Of a stretch of DNA of 64,000 nucleotides, positions 42,021-54,829 are shown in pieces (positions within the stretch are counted from its first letter, which is position 1; each line of letters starts with the position of its first letter). Position numbers and translations under genes: made by a program. The notes under the pieces are model-generated. The model saw nothing but the letters and a program-made list of their open reading frames with translations. It did no database searches and had not been told where the DNA came from. This DNA is from Octopus bimaculoides (lineage: Eukaryota): the NCBI RefSeq assembly GCF_001194135.2, contig NC_068998.1, positions 39,888,422 through 39,952,421 on the forward strand, read 5' to 3'.

Positions 42021-43837
42021 ACATTTATTGACATACAAATTATGCAAGGATGCTTGTTGCAGGTATATTGTGTCAAAGTGGTTCATTTAAAGTATATTTA
42101 CAGATCCGATAGATTGAGACATACTCAACCATATAGTTAAACAACAACAAAAGCACTAGAGGAGGAGGAAGAACCATCCCTGGTACCACTAACCAGTTTA
42201 TTATCTGTCTTTAGCAGAATCTGCACAGTTGCAATTATTTCAACCTGGTTTCCAATCCAATGATAACCCAAAGTTCTTAGTTTCCTCTTCCTTTCCCCAC
42301 TGTCAGTCTCTGTTCCACTTCCTCCTCCTCTGACTAAGCCATTGAAATGATGTATGTACGGGCATGGTGAATGTATCTGACCTAACTATGCTGCTGAGCT
42401 AACAATTAACTACCGTTTCCAGCTAAGATATTAAAGATACTCCACCTTACAGATGACATGACATAGCACAGAGCACAGAAATGTAATATCAGACATTGTA
42501 TCATTATGACAATAGAAAATGGACATTTGGACATTAATGAAAGTCATAATGATGCTGTTGTCACCGCTACCACCACTACCGAAAGTAGCATCAACACACT
42601 GGCGGATTTGCAGAATAATTACTATGTTGGACAATATGTAATGTGATATTTGTTCCAGCCCTTTACAGGCTGAGTTCAAACACTGCCAAGGCCAAATTTG
42701 CTCTTCATCACTCCAGGGGTAAGAAAATAAAATAACAGCCAAGTGGCAAGTATGGTTGGTGGTATTGACTATAGTGTTATATGTAGGATATCTGCCTGCA
42801 ATTTCTAGCAAGTCAAGTGACCATATAGAGGGTGTCCTGTAGGATTTACGATAATGTAACGGTAGTCATTACCTTTAACTTAAGGCTTACCTTGATCAAG
42901 CTGATGTATAATCGAAGGCACTCTAAATATGACCATCCCAGGGAATCTGGGACCACACTATCTGGTATTCAAGCATGTGTCTGATTGCAGCCCCTGGCCA
43001 ATCAAAGCCTAATGAATGGATTTAGTAGACAAAAACTGAAAGAAGTTTGTTTGTCTGTCAGTTTGTCTGTTTGTATGCATTCATGCATGCGATGTGATAG
43101 GGGAAGTGACCCTTTTCTCTCGACATCTTGTGATAGTTGTAAACAAATGTCAACACTGATTGTTTTGTAAACAAACAATTTTTTTTTTTTTCAATCTCCT
43201 GTGAGAAACATGCTTGGCAATGAGGAAATATTATATAATACTACCATTACATTACCGTTAATCCTACAGGAAACCCTCTATATTCCTGTTGTCAGCCCTT
43301 GCCTGTTTCCAAGGAATAACCTTCCTTGGAAACAGGCAAGGGCTGACAACAGGAATGGTATCTAGCTGTAGAAAATCTGCTTGAGTGAATTCTGTTCAAA
43401 CATGCAGGTATGGAAAAGTGGGCATTATGATGAAAATGATGATGATGTGGATGTGATTTGAGGAAGATTTGGCTGCATTTTCCAGGATGAGGAAAATTTG
43501 ATTGCTATTTTTCAAATGACCCTGCAAAGGTTCTTTTGTTGGTTCATGAAGGCAGTGGTGGTGGTAATGTTTGATGTTGGTAGAGACGACAGAAAAATGA
43601 TTTTCTGAAAGCATCAATATGTCAGACATCTCAATATTTCGAGCAATAATTTCTCTCTCTGTCTCTGCCTCTCTCTCTCTCTCTTATTACTTTGCGTTTT
43701 AGATATTGATTGATTTACCAGTGCCAATACAACTTTTAGTAACCAGTTCAATGAAGTTCTGGATCCATTAGATGTCTTTGAGTGTGCTTGTGTGTGTGGG
43801 TGTCTTACCATTCATCAAAGTGATCCTGAATAAGCAG

Positions 43838-43896
<59 letters not shown>

Positions 43897-44590
43897 ATAT
43901 ATATACATACACACACACATGTACATACATTTGTGTGTGTGTGTCTGTAGCCTTTATTCAGGTGAAAGAGATTCATACATGCTTAAGGTCAAAACACTTC
44001 CATCTGAAAAGCAGACATGATTCTCTTCTTTATTGCAATATATTGCAATATTTTCCAGCCATGCTTACATGTACAATAATAGTGATACTGAATAAAACAG
44101 GTTTGAACAAGATGTGGGTGCTTGTGTTGATATGTATGCATTAACATACATTCATAGGCACACATGCACACACACACATACATACATACACAGTCTGTGT
44201 GCATGCAGCTATGAATATTATGTATACAAACGTGTGTATGCATACATGCACCCATAATGTGTGTGTGTGTGTGTATATACATACATATATGCATACACAT
44301 ACATGTATGTGTGTGTAGGTACAGGTGTGAAGTTCAAAACTATATTATGCCAAGGGACAAGATTTGTCTATGGTTATTGCAGCCAATACCTCACATCTAA
44401 TTAGTTGAATTTCACTTTCCTGACCACCAGATTCTATACACACACATACACCTATTTATATTTAAATGTATGTATATATGCTATACTGTACTACAGAATA
44501 TATCTATAAATTTTAGCCAATGCTGTCAGTGATAGACAGATGTAAACACCTTGCACATGCATAGCTATGTGGTTAGACACACAGACAGAA

Positions 44591-44623
<33 letters not shown>

Positions 44624-44653
44624 TACATACATACATATATAGAAAAAGCGGGA

Positions 44654-44701
44654 TCAACCAGACTAGTTTTAATCTTGTGAGGGAACTTCATCAGCAACTG
44701 A
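44654..44701 (-). ncRNA. Decayed minimal hammerhead-like motif (G12>A), probable PLE terminus
   Basis: Minus strand TCAGTTG-CTGATGA-AGTTCCCTCACAAGATT-AAAAC-TA-GTC-TGGTTGA. It has a palindromic ACUAGU stem III and a GUC triplet, but GAAA has become AAAA and stem I is wobble-rich. Confidence 0.45.
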
Positions 44702-45937
44702 GTATCTGCTTTAATTGCGCATGGAGACATAACTTTTAAATAAACAAGCAATTGTAACAGATTTACAATGAGCAAGATCAACCAATCAATAAAGACACAG
44801 AAATAATAAATAATAATAGTAAATGGAAAACAACAGTACATAAACACAAAAATGGATCGCCAAATTAAGGGGTGATGAGAAAGTAGAGGAGGGGCAGCAG
44901 CATAGAGTGTTTTGGAGTACCCCCCACCAATCCTGGGCTACCCTGATAGGCAAAAGCAATTACTTATTCCGATTTTTGTCATTAATTAATAGTTGCATAG
45001 AGCAGGGCTATTTAGTCACAGCAATTTCACCTACATCATATTCGTTTTAACATCCACTTTTCCATGCATGCATGGGTCAGACATGATTCATTGAAGCAAA
45101 TTTTCGATGGCCAGATGCCCGTCCTGTTGCCAATTCTTTGTTTCTGAGTAAGTTAATATTTCCCCTTGGCCAAACATATTTTCGTGGAAGACTGGTAATA
45201 AATGATACTGCTTGTTTGATAGTGACACTTGCTTACAACCATTACATGAGGTCAGGACACTCACACACAACAAGCTTCTTTAGGTTTTTGTTTAATAAAT
45301 CTACTCCCAAGGTTTTGGCTGGACTGAGGCTATAACAGAAGTTCAGTTTCATTGGCCGTGCAATGAGATTGAACCAGAAACCATGTGGTTGAGAGAGAAC
45401 TACCCAACCACACACCCATGCCTGCACCTTTCATAAAATTTACTCTCTCCCTCTCTTCCTTCATCTTCCTTTTCAAGTAAGTGCTTGAAAAAGTTGATAA
45501 GGGCTTGATCTGGGAAGAAAGGCTCTGTTCTCAAACCTTTCGACTGTTTTAACATCACACACAACTGAACTACAAACATGAATTCCAAAAGGAAACAACA
45601 GTCAAGAACTACGGGGTGGGGATTTATGATGAATAAAAGGGCAAGGCCACCAAAACAATTAAGAAAACACATCAATAAATAACAATAAGAACATATAGAA
45701 CCAAACAACAACAAGAAAGGATCTCCAAAATGGTAACAACCCCAAGGGGTACCCTGTGTTAGTTTATGCACAGTTTCAGATTACATTGACATATCCACAA
45801 CAACAACCTTCATCTGGTTCTTGCTCTGGTCCGTCCCACAATTGGGTAGTTAGTGTAGGCTCATACAGCTGTGAACCCAATGGAAGATAAATGCTGAAAT
45901 CATGACCTTGTGATAAAGAATTAAATAAACAACTTAC

Positions 45938-46015
45938 CGCCTGTATGTCTTTGATGTTGTATCCGGCATGATCTAATATGTGGATTGCACCATTATGAGT
46001 GCCAAGAGCCAAGAA
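45938..46015 (-). CDS. VPS41: VPS41 coding exon: FLALGTHNGAIHILDHAGYNIKDIQA
   Basis: 78 nt, long polypyrimidine tract ending ttcttgcag, donor GCG|gtaagt. Matches human FLALGTHYGKVYLLDVQGNITQKFDV (recalled; first beta-propeller blade). Confidence 0.95.
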
Positions 46016-46836
46016 CTGCAAGAAAGTAAAAAATAAGAAAAAAAAAAAAAGAGAAAATACAGTTGGTTTAACAACTAATAAATTGCAATTTATTTGAAGA
46101 TAAAGATAATCTGAACAAAATAGTGCAAGGCTAATAAAAAGAAAGAAAAAACCCAGCACCCCCTGTTGCCACCACTACTACCTGTTTGTCAGTTGTTTAA
46201 CCTTGAGTTGGTCACAACTGAGCAGATCTCTGATCAAAAGTATTCTTGTCATGATCATTGCACAGTTGTATACCTAGAACAATGTGTCCTTCCTTTTTTG
46301 AGCCAGTAGAATGTAATTTGAGGAAGATTTAGCTGTTATTTCTGCAAACTAAGTGACAAGAACGAAACTTCCATCTGTCTTGTTATACTGGTTTGAACTG
46401 GACAAGTTTGTAAAACATCAATGGTTTGGATGGTCTAACGGGATACTACAGGTTGGTGGAAATCCTCTTGCTCCAGTACCTTAGTTTTGCCACAATTTTT
46501 ACAGCTGGATGCTCTTTCTATACCAACCACTTTACAGAGTGTACTGGGTACTTCAGAAGAGCTATCATTAAATGATGTCTAGGATGTTTGTTTGTCATCA
46601 ATACAATTTCAGGTATGTGAGCATTAACCCAAAGTGGCCTTTGGAAGGGGATAACTATTGAGGGTTCAGGTATTTTCTGATCATTAGTGGCACCCTAGTC
46701 TTTGTCCTTCAGTTTCTGTAATATAACATGTGATGTTATATTGTGAAATCACCAGAGCTTGGGTAGCCTCATGTTTGTAGTGACTATAAAAGGCTCAAGT
46801 TGTGTGTTGTTCTGGTGTAGTGAAGAATGTAGTTTT

Positions 46837-46989
46837 GTGGTTGGCGTTAGGAAGGGCATCCAGCTGTAGAAACTCTGCCAAATCAGATTGGAGCCTGGTG
46901 TTGCCTACTGGTCCACCAGCCCTCAGTCAAATTGTCCAACCCATGTTAGCATGGAAAGCGGACGTTAAACAACGATGATGTTGATGATG
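46837..46989 (+). mobile_element. Retroposon family A copy (5'-truncated) in the 2.2-kb VPS41 intron
   Basis: Same core and tail. Confidence 0.88.
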
Positions 46990-48238
46990 TTTCTTTAATA
47001 AATATAGTCATTATATGCCAGACAAAGGGTAACAAGTTTGTTTTTCCCAAATTCCACTACAAAAGGACACATCTGTATGGTTTTTTTACACTTTTTTTTA
47101 GAATTTTTATCATTTTATCAAGAGAACAGACAGTCCCCATGAACCTTTTTAGAACCTCACAGACAGGTGGGGAAAAAAAAAAAGAAAAAGGTATCATCAA
47201 ACCAGAGATCTGGCCCAAATGCTTGCAGCTGAGTGAATACAACTAAAGACACCCAAGGACCAAGTTGTGGAATTAAAGTGGGCCATGAATTGAGTCTACT
47301 ACTCAAATAACCAACAGTAGTATTTCAACTCAAAATGCAAACAGCTGAAACAAATACTACAATGCATTCAGTTCCATACTCTAAAATCTTCACCAGTTCG
47401 CCACTCCAGATTGATACTTAATTATTAATCCTGGAAGGATGAAAAGCAAAAGTGATCCTAGCGGGATGTAATTTCAGAACCCAGCCAGAACAAATACTGC
47501 AAAGCATTTTGTCTGATGCTCAAATAGTTCTGCTAATAAACTAATAAGTGACAAAAGAGAAAGGAAAAGGTAGATCTGGTTCTTGGAAAACTGCTGTAGT
47601 AGTGACCACTGATTATGGAAAGCAGGGGAAGGTAATAAAGGAGGTGGTTGTTTATAGCTGTTTCCACCACCTTTGAGATGTTTGATGTGTGGGCAATATG
47701 ATGGTAGTCAACAGGATAGAATTGATTAAGCCCTGATTTGATGTGCCAGCGTTAAGGAGCAAAGTTTTTTTTTTTTATCCAACCTCAACATGTGAGGTGA
47801 GATAAAGAGCGTTGATTAAGCAGTCATCAGATGATTAAATGGAATCAAAGGTAGCAAGGATAGGACAAAGGTTGGATTTGGAGGTGAGAAAGGTATCAAC
47901 AGTGATTGGTCAATTTGTCAATCCGAATTCATTACTTGGAATGTGAAACAAAGAAATCCTAAAACACAGTCTTTGGTGATACAACACCACTAAAAATAAA
48001 CTGGTCATGGAAACTAAAATGGATCAGGTAGTCAACCTGGGAAAGTAGAGGAGGACATCATGAAAATAGTCTAAACCTGAAAGAGCTAATTGCAGTTTAG
48101 ACTTGTAGAATGAAACCAGAGTGTATCTTCAGTTAGAATTTGAAAATGACTATGAAAGTGAAGGGTATCAACCATCTTAAACAAACCAATCAATATTTAT
48201 AAAATAATAAAACATACAAACAAGCAAAACAAACTTAC

Positions 48239-48334
48239 TTTGGAGTGAACTGCCATACAACTTGCAGCATCTTTGTTGAGAATCTTAGTTAAATCATTAA
48301 CCAAGCGTTCATATTTTAACTTGGGCTCAGCTTC
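48239..48334 (-). CDS. VPS41: VPS41 coding exon: EAEPKLKYERLVNDLTKILNKDAASCMAVHSK
   Basis: 96 nt, acceptor ctttcattgcag, donor AAA|gtaagt. Closely matches human VPS41 EEEPKLKYERLSNGVTEILQKDAASCMTVHDK (recalled sequence). Confidence 0.95.
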
Positions 48335-48526
48335 CTGCAATGAAAGCAGAATGATTTGCTTTTTAGTTTCAGTATTTTCTGTTTAAGAGGAAGAAATGCT
48401 GTTATTGAATAAATTTTCAAATTCATTTCAGAAAGTAAATAAGTATAAAAATAAAATGAAGTAACTGGAGCCAAACTTTAAGCTCTGTAGTACATTGGTT
48501 TCATGGTTAGCAAGTTCGAGGGTTGG

Positions 48527-48658
48527 AGTAAGTCGATTACATCAAAAGGATGAAAGGTAAAGTTGACCTCAGTGGAATTTGAACTCAGAACGTAAAAATG
48601 GACAAAATGCTGCTAAGCATTTTGTCCAGTGTGCTAACGATTCTGCCAGCTCACTGCC
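48527..48658 (-). mobile_element. SINE family B, partial, about 190 nt upstream of a VPS41 acceptor
   Basis: Reverse complement of ggcagtgagctggcagaatcgttagcacactggacaaaatgcttagcagc..gagttcaaattccactgaggtcaactttacctttcatcc. Confidence 0.85.
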
Positions 48659-50084
48659 ATAGGTGCTTCAGTATATTAATGTGTATTCATGTGTGCATGC
48701 GTGTGTGTATTTACAGTCTATGCTGAAATATGGCTAATGGTGATGCCATCATTTGTAGCTCAGCTATAGATGCTGATATCACTGTTTGTGACTGGGCTAC
48801 AACTGGTGATGTTTGTTGACATTTTATTGACAACAATTCATTTGTTAACTCTGCACTACCAATATTCCTCCAAAATATGAAAAAAGAAATGTTTTCTACT
48901 TGGAAAATATCTAAGGAATGACAGCAGGATGAGAATCAAGTAGTAAAAAAACCACCATAGTTGCTTCCCATCTGAACTGAAACGAGCAAGCGAGTGAGTG
49001 AGTGTGAGTGTGTGTGTGTGTGTGTGTGTATATAGTAAGAGGATAGGGATTTATGAAGTCTTGGCAAGTACCTCAGTCAGTACTCTATGCGAAATGTATA
49101 GGAAGGAAAATTAGAATTAGTGTTCAGTTAATCCAATAAAACGGTTCTCTACAAACTGTAAACCCACAGAAATGTATTGATTATTAGGTTGGTGCATGAA
49201 GATAATGATATACATTTATCAATCAGTTGCTATCGTTTTGATAATTAGTGGAATTGTTACATCAATTTACATGCTGGGCAATATAAATAAAAAGAAATGA
49301 TGTAATTCCATGCAATATTAAATGAAAAGTTCTGCCAAACATCTCTTCACATAAATCTCTGTGCCATAAAAATACTACCAGCGGGGGTATGTACATAGCT
49401 GAATTAGGTTAAATAGATATGAGAGAGAGAGAAGGGCATAGAAGATCAAGTAATAAATTAAACAGCAAAGTTGTTGCACTATCAGAGAAACACCCATGTA
49501 GAGGGACTATGAAGACAAAAGTGCCTTACTAGTTCCCATTCATTAAATGTATTGTAAACAGCTAAGGCAACAAACGCTGATAGACCCAGGGAAACTGAAA
49601 GACTTATTGCATTCTTATATACTAGTGGAGAGATAAGAAGACAAAGGGATAAAATGGAAATGTTCAAAGAAGATAGTTTATTGCTATATTCTTAGAAGTA
49701 TTAAATAATAGGAAAAAGAGAAATATAAAGAGAAAATCAAGATAAAGACTTGAAAAGACAAGGAACTAGAATAAAGACTTCCACAAGAATTATAGCTAGA
49801 TATTATTGGATCATTTACAGATGAAACTAGATAAATTTGTTAGTTAAGAAATAAATGATTAGTTATATAAGAAATAATTTAAGCAAGAAATAGTAAGATG
49901 TAGAGGACATTTTAAACAGAATCACCTGTGATAAAGCTGGACTAACAATAAATAAGAACGCTATCATTAACTCTATTCAAATCAAGTAAGTAAGCTAAAT
50001 GAAATTTCTAAGAATGTTCGATTGAACTGGTGAAAACAATGGATCAATAATTTATAATGCTAATTAATTAGACCAGACTTGCAC

Positions 50085-51450
50085 CTGAGAATTTCTGGTG
50101 CTTCCATAGAATACAAATTACAGCTACCTTCCACTATTTGAGATCCCAGATGAATTTAGCTAGTGAAGTGCTAAGATTTTTTCATTTGTTATTATAGGAA
50201 TGTATATGATTATGCAATCTAAATTTGAATTTAAATTCACCTACATAATAATGTACTGTATTGGGCATTTTTTTAACAGAATACTTATACAATAAATTCT
50301 TTCTCAGACATTGGATATTTAAAGAGCACTGATATTGATCCCAACAGTTCACATACTGTTAGGTTTATTATCTGAAGAAACATTATTTATTGTATTAACA
50401 TAATTATTATTGCTAGGAGGGAACTCCAAAGTACTAGTGTTATTTATACAAAATAGAGACAAATATACAGAAGACCTACAGTTGTATTTACTATATGAAT
50501 AATTAAATACAGGTTTCATATTACTAATTCTATTCAATTTCTTATCGTTAATATGTGTTACATTATCAATTAAATTAGACATGGTTGAATTCCACACTAT
50601 GCCCACTAAAAATGTTACTATACTTACTAGAGGGGGGAATACTTCTCCAAAGCCTAAAGAAAATTCCAAGGATATCCAAGGCTACATTAATTCTGAAAGG
50701 GGATTTAAAACTTTTCTTGTGTAACCTATTTTTACTAGTTTTGTTGCTGTTGAGAGTGGTGTGGTTAATTCTAGATTTATTTACTAACCTAATTTCATGG
50801 AGTAAAACTTGTTATATGTAATCTTTCTACTTCAACTTGATGCAGGCCTGTTTCCCAAGATACTCAAAATCAGTTTAGGGGAAGTTCCAGAGCTTTGTAG
50901 ACAGTTTGCCACATTAACAACATCTTGCTTCCATCTATGGGAATTATCATTTCCCTATTTAATTTTCAGCTGTTTATTATGAGAAGTTTGTACAGGTTAA
51001 CCTTGTGATTACTAGTATTTTTACACTCATGCATGTTAATATAACAATTAACATTTCCTAGATAAGATGTATCACTAAATCTATACTCTTGTGAATGCAA
51101 CCCAAATATCTTTAGGTATTTTTACAACACTGACAACAGATATACTAGATCTTTTCGGTATACCTGCCTCTAGCTAATGCTATATTATAATAGTCTGTAT
51201 TTTGAGAGAGAATTTCTTCATGAGTAGAAAGTTTGGATATTCTAGGTGAACTACCCCTAATAATGGACTTAATTACTGCTCTAGGACGGTTGGAATTTCT
51301 GTTCGCATATTTCAGTTTTTTATTGGGCTTATAATTGATGGAGGTGTGTATTACATTCCAGTGGTGCATCTAGAAAATTTGCGACCTTACAGTTATTTCT
51401 CAACATAATAGACAGTCCTAAGTTTTTGAAGAAATTTCTAAACTTTTTAC
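50085..51450 (-). mobile_element. Decayed Penelope-like retroelement (RT C-terminus, linker, GIY-YIG endonuclease)
   Basis: Frameshifted peptides in PLE order: FFKNLGLSIMLRNNCKVANFLDAPL; YKPNKKLKYANRNSNRPRAVIKSII..RISKLSTHEEIL..YYNIALARGRYTEKI; KSPFRINVALDILGIFFRL; CSLNIQCLRKNLLYK..YYVGEFKFKFRLHNHIHSY..STSLAKFIWDLK. Confidence 0.85.
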
Positions 51451-52776
51451 TATTCCACTAATTATTGAAATGATCTTGATTAATAAATGTAATATATACA
51501 TACATACACACACATACCTAATATGTATCTACATGTGACAGCACTCAACAACCATGAACAACAGACACATTTCTACTACAATATTATCACAGTCATGAGT
51601 GGCCGTGACAAAGGGTTGGATCATTTATGAAAAATGTTGGCAATGGTGTTATTGTTTAGCCAATTTTAGCCTTGATCAAGTAGAGTTATGATCAAAAGTA
51701 TTCTAGTCATGACTATCCCACTATTTTATGCATTTTGGACAACAAGAATATAATTTGTGAGACAGATTTGGCTATTATTTCTAGCAGATCAAGTTACTGT
51801 ACAGAGGCTTCCTTGATTAGCTGTAAAAAGTATCAGCAATGTTTTTGTAATTGTTTAGCCCTAAGTTTTCTTAAGCATTAAGACCTATGATCACATCGAT
51901 TTCATCCTTACCAAACTTGTATCACAGGTAGAACACAAACTTTCCTGAAATGATAATCCTGAATCTCTTATAATCCACACTAACATATGAGCATGATCTT
52001 CAAATTCCAGTGGATGCCAGACTAGTTTAAAGTACAATATTAATAAACTTGTATCATTTGTACTAATGTACAAGTACCTGTATTTTATTCATTTTAGTAA
52101 ATTTAATATTTGTTTAATTTAGTGTATTGTCTAAGGTGGCCACCCCTAGTTCAGAAACATCAATAATACCGAAACGCTTTGAAATCAAAGGTTCTGTAAA
52201 ATCAATGTTGTACCTGTATTTTATGTAGTTTTATCTAGAACTGCATCAACCAATGTAACCTTCTATTTCTTTGAGACATCAGATACAATATAGCTGCTAT
52301 TTCTAGTAAATCACGTGAGCTTGTAGAAGCATGCACTTATATTCAGTTCCCTTGTGTTGACAACACTATTGCTGTTTAACTCCAGGTCAACTATAATCAT
52401 GAATTTTAATGATCAAAGACATTCCTGCCATGTCCATCCTGTTTTGTATATGCAATGTATCTACAACTACATCATCCGATGTGTCCTTCCTTTTATAAGA
52501 CTGCAGAGTGTGATTTAAAGAATATTAAGCTACTATTGCTTGACTCCACCCCTCAAGTGTAACATTAGACTGAGATTATAATTGCTGTTGTTTAGCCCCA
52601 GGTTAATCTTGACTGAACAAACCTATCTCAAACCAGTCATGATCACCCTTTCAATTTGTGAGTAGATAGAACATGATTCAACAGATTCTTCCTTGTTTAA
52701 GATGGTAAGGTCTATTTTGAGGGAGATTTTTGGCTGCTATTTCTAGCAACCGCATAGAGGTTTTCATGTTACCCTT

Positions 52777-52973
52777 TACTCTTTTACTTGTTTCAGTCAT
52801 TTGACTGCGGCCATGCTGGAGCACCGCCTTTAGTCGAGGAAATCGACCCCAGGACTTATTCTTTTGTAAGCCTAGTACTTATTCTATCGGTCTCTTTTTG
52901 CCGAACCGCTAAGTTATGGGGACGTAAACACACCAGCATCGGTTGTCAAGCGATGGTGGGGGGACAAACACAG

Positions 52974-53019
<46 letters not shown>

Positions 53020-53182
53020 GATGGGTTTCTTTCAGTTTCCGTCTACCAAATCCACTCACAAGGCTTTGGTTGGCCCGAGGCTATAGTAGAAGACACCTGC
53101 CCAAGGTGCCAGGCAGTGGGACTGAACCCGGAACCATGTGGTTGGTAAGCAAGCTACTTACCACACAGCCACTCCTACGCCT
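52777..53182 (-). mobile_element. Composite SINE family C (tRNA head, CORE-like block, internal microsatellite, second domain)
   Basis: Head gtggctgtgtggtaagtagcttgc..ggttcagtccc, then accttgggcaggtgtctt (CORE-like), (TA)n(TG)n, and tail ..gaataagtcctggggtcgat..gctccagcatggccgcagtcaaatgactgaaacaagtaaaag. Confidence 0.9.
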
Positions 53183-53699
53183 GTTGAGTATATTTTAAGT
53201 CTAATCCCTACATGACACTGAGCTAGTGTCTTCTACCATAAAGTGGAAACAGCAGACTAAAAGTGTGTAGAAGACAGCCAGAGGGGCCTTCTGCCTCCAC
53301 CCACACATTTCTGTTTTGGGGGCCCCATAGATGTAATCCATTGTGTCTAGTTTAATAGCATCTTCTGTACTTTGGATGTCTTTAGCAGGGTCCACTGACA
53401 ATATGCAAGGATGGGTCCCTACCTGAAGGTTAACTTCCAACAGTCCTCTCCTCCCTCCAGTCCCAGGAGCCCAGCAAAAGGGCCGTGTCTTGTTCTTACT
53501 CCCCAGACAAAACCATTTGAAATAAAATAGTAATTTTAAAAATTGTGATTTGTGATAAGGATCTACCACAGACTTGCTAATTCCTTCATTCAGCCTAACC
53601 TACATAAACTTCAGCACCTCCATCCTGTGGAGCTAGGAACACTTTCATTAAAGAATGGACATGTGATGGTGTTAATATATCAATAAGAGATAATTAGTT

Positions 53700-53943
53700 A
53701 ATAAGAGAATGGACGCTGAGAGAGATAGACTGAGACTATGGAATAGGAGGGAAAAAAGAAAAAGAGAGAGGAAGAGAAAGGAAGTGTGGGTGGGTGTATG
53801 TGTGTAATAAAGTGGAAAGAGAGGAAAACTGAAAAGATATACAGTAAGATATGAGAGAGAGAGAGAGAGAGAGAGAGTATGCGATAATAAAGTGTGTGTG
53901 TGTGTGTTAGAGAGAGAGAGAGAGAGTATTCGATAATAAAGAG

Positions 53944-54005
<62 letters not shown>

Positions 54006-54105
54006 GAGTGTATGTGTGGGGTGGGAGAGATAATGTGAGAGTGGAGAGATAGAAAGATATAGTGTCATAGTAAAGAGAGAGGGAGAGAGAGAGTACATGA
54101 TAGTA

Positions 54106-54150
<45 letters not shown>

Positions 54151-54409
54151 ATAGAGGAGAGAGGGTGTGATAATAGAGAGTGAGAGAGAGAGAGAGTGTG
54201 TGTTTGTATGATAGAGGAGTGATTGTGTGTGACAGCTGTAGAGGAGAGAAGGAGTGAGAGGGATGGAGAAAGAGAGAGAAAAAAAAGACAGAGAAGTGAC
54301 AGAGGGAGAAACCCTCAAAGGAGTTGTATCAGAAAAGCTGTTTACAGGAAACAAAAGAAAACCTATTGATTGTGTGTGTGTGTGTGAAATATGTGTGTGG
54401 GTGTGAAAT

Positions 54410-54450
<41 letters not shown>

Positions 54451-54720
54451 GTGTCTGTTGATAGAGAATAATGGGGAAGATGGTGCAGTAATAGTAACAC
54501 TGGCAGCAGCAGCAGCAGTAACAGGGGCAGTAGCTGTAGATGCAGTAAGAACAGCAGCGGTAGTAACAACAGCAGCAGCAGCAGTGGTAGTAGCAGCATC
54601 AACACCAGCAGTAGATACAAGGAGAACAGTTGTAGTAAAACTAGTATCAGTGGTAGTAACACCAGCAGCAGTGGTGATTAGACAGAGTAGCAATGGTTGT
54701 AATACTAAGAGGAGCAGCAG
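53700..54720. repeat. Degenerate (GA)/(GT) compound microsatellite grading into (GCA/GTA)n triplet low complexity
   Basis: Directly visible; it accounts for the S/L/T/H- and A/V/T-rich ORFs. Confidence 0.9.
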
Positions 54721-54829
54721 GAGTAGGACCAGGCACAGCAGTGGTAGTAACTTTAGTAGTAAAGATTCCAGTGGCATTAAGAGCAGTGGACTACGACAGT
54801 CTTGATGACCTACCACTACTGAAATTAAC

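Noticed and set aside
53201-53569. 122-aa ORF in a GC-richer patch
   Set aside because: No recognisable domain or clear splice sites; probably an unclassified repeat fragment.
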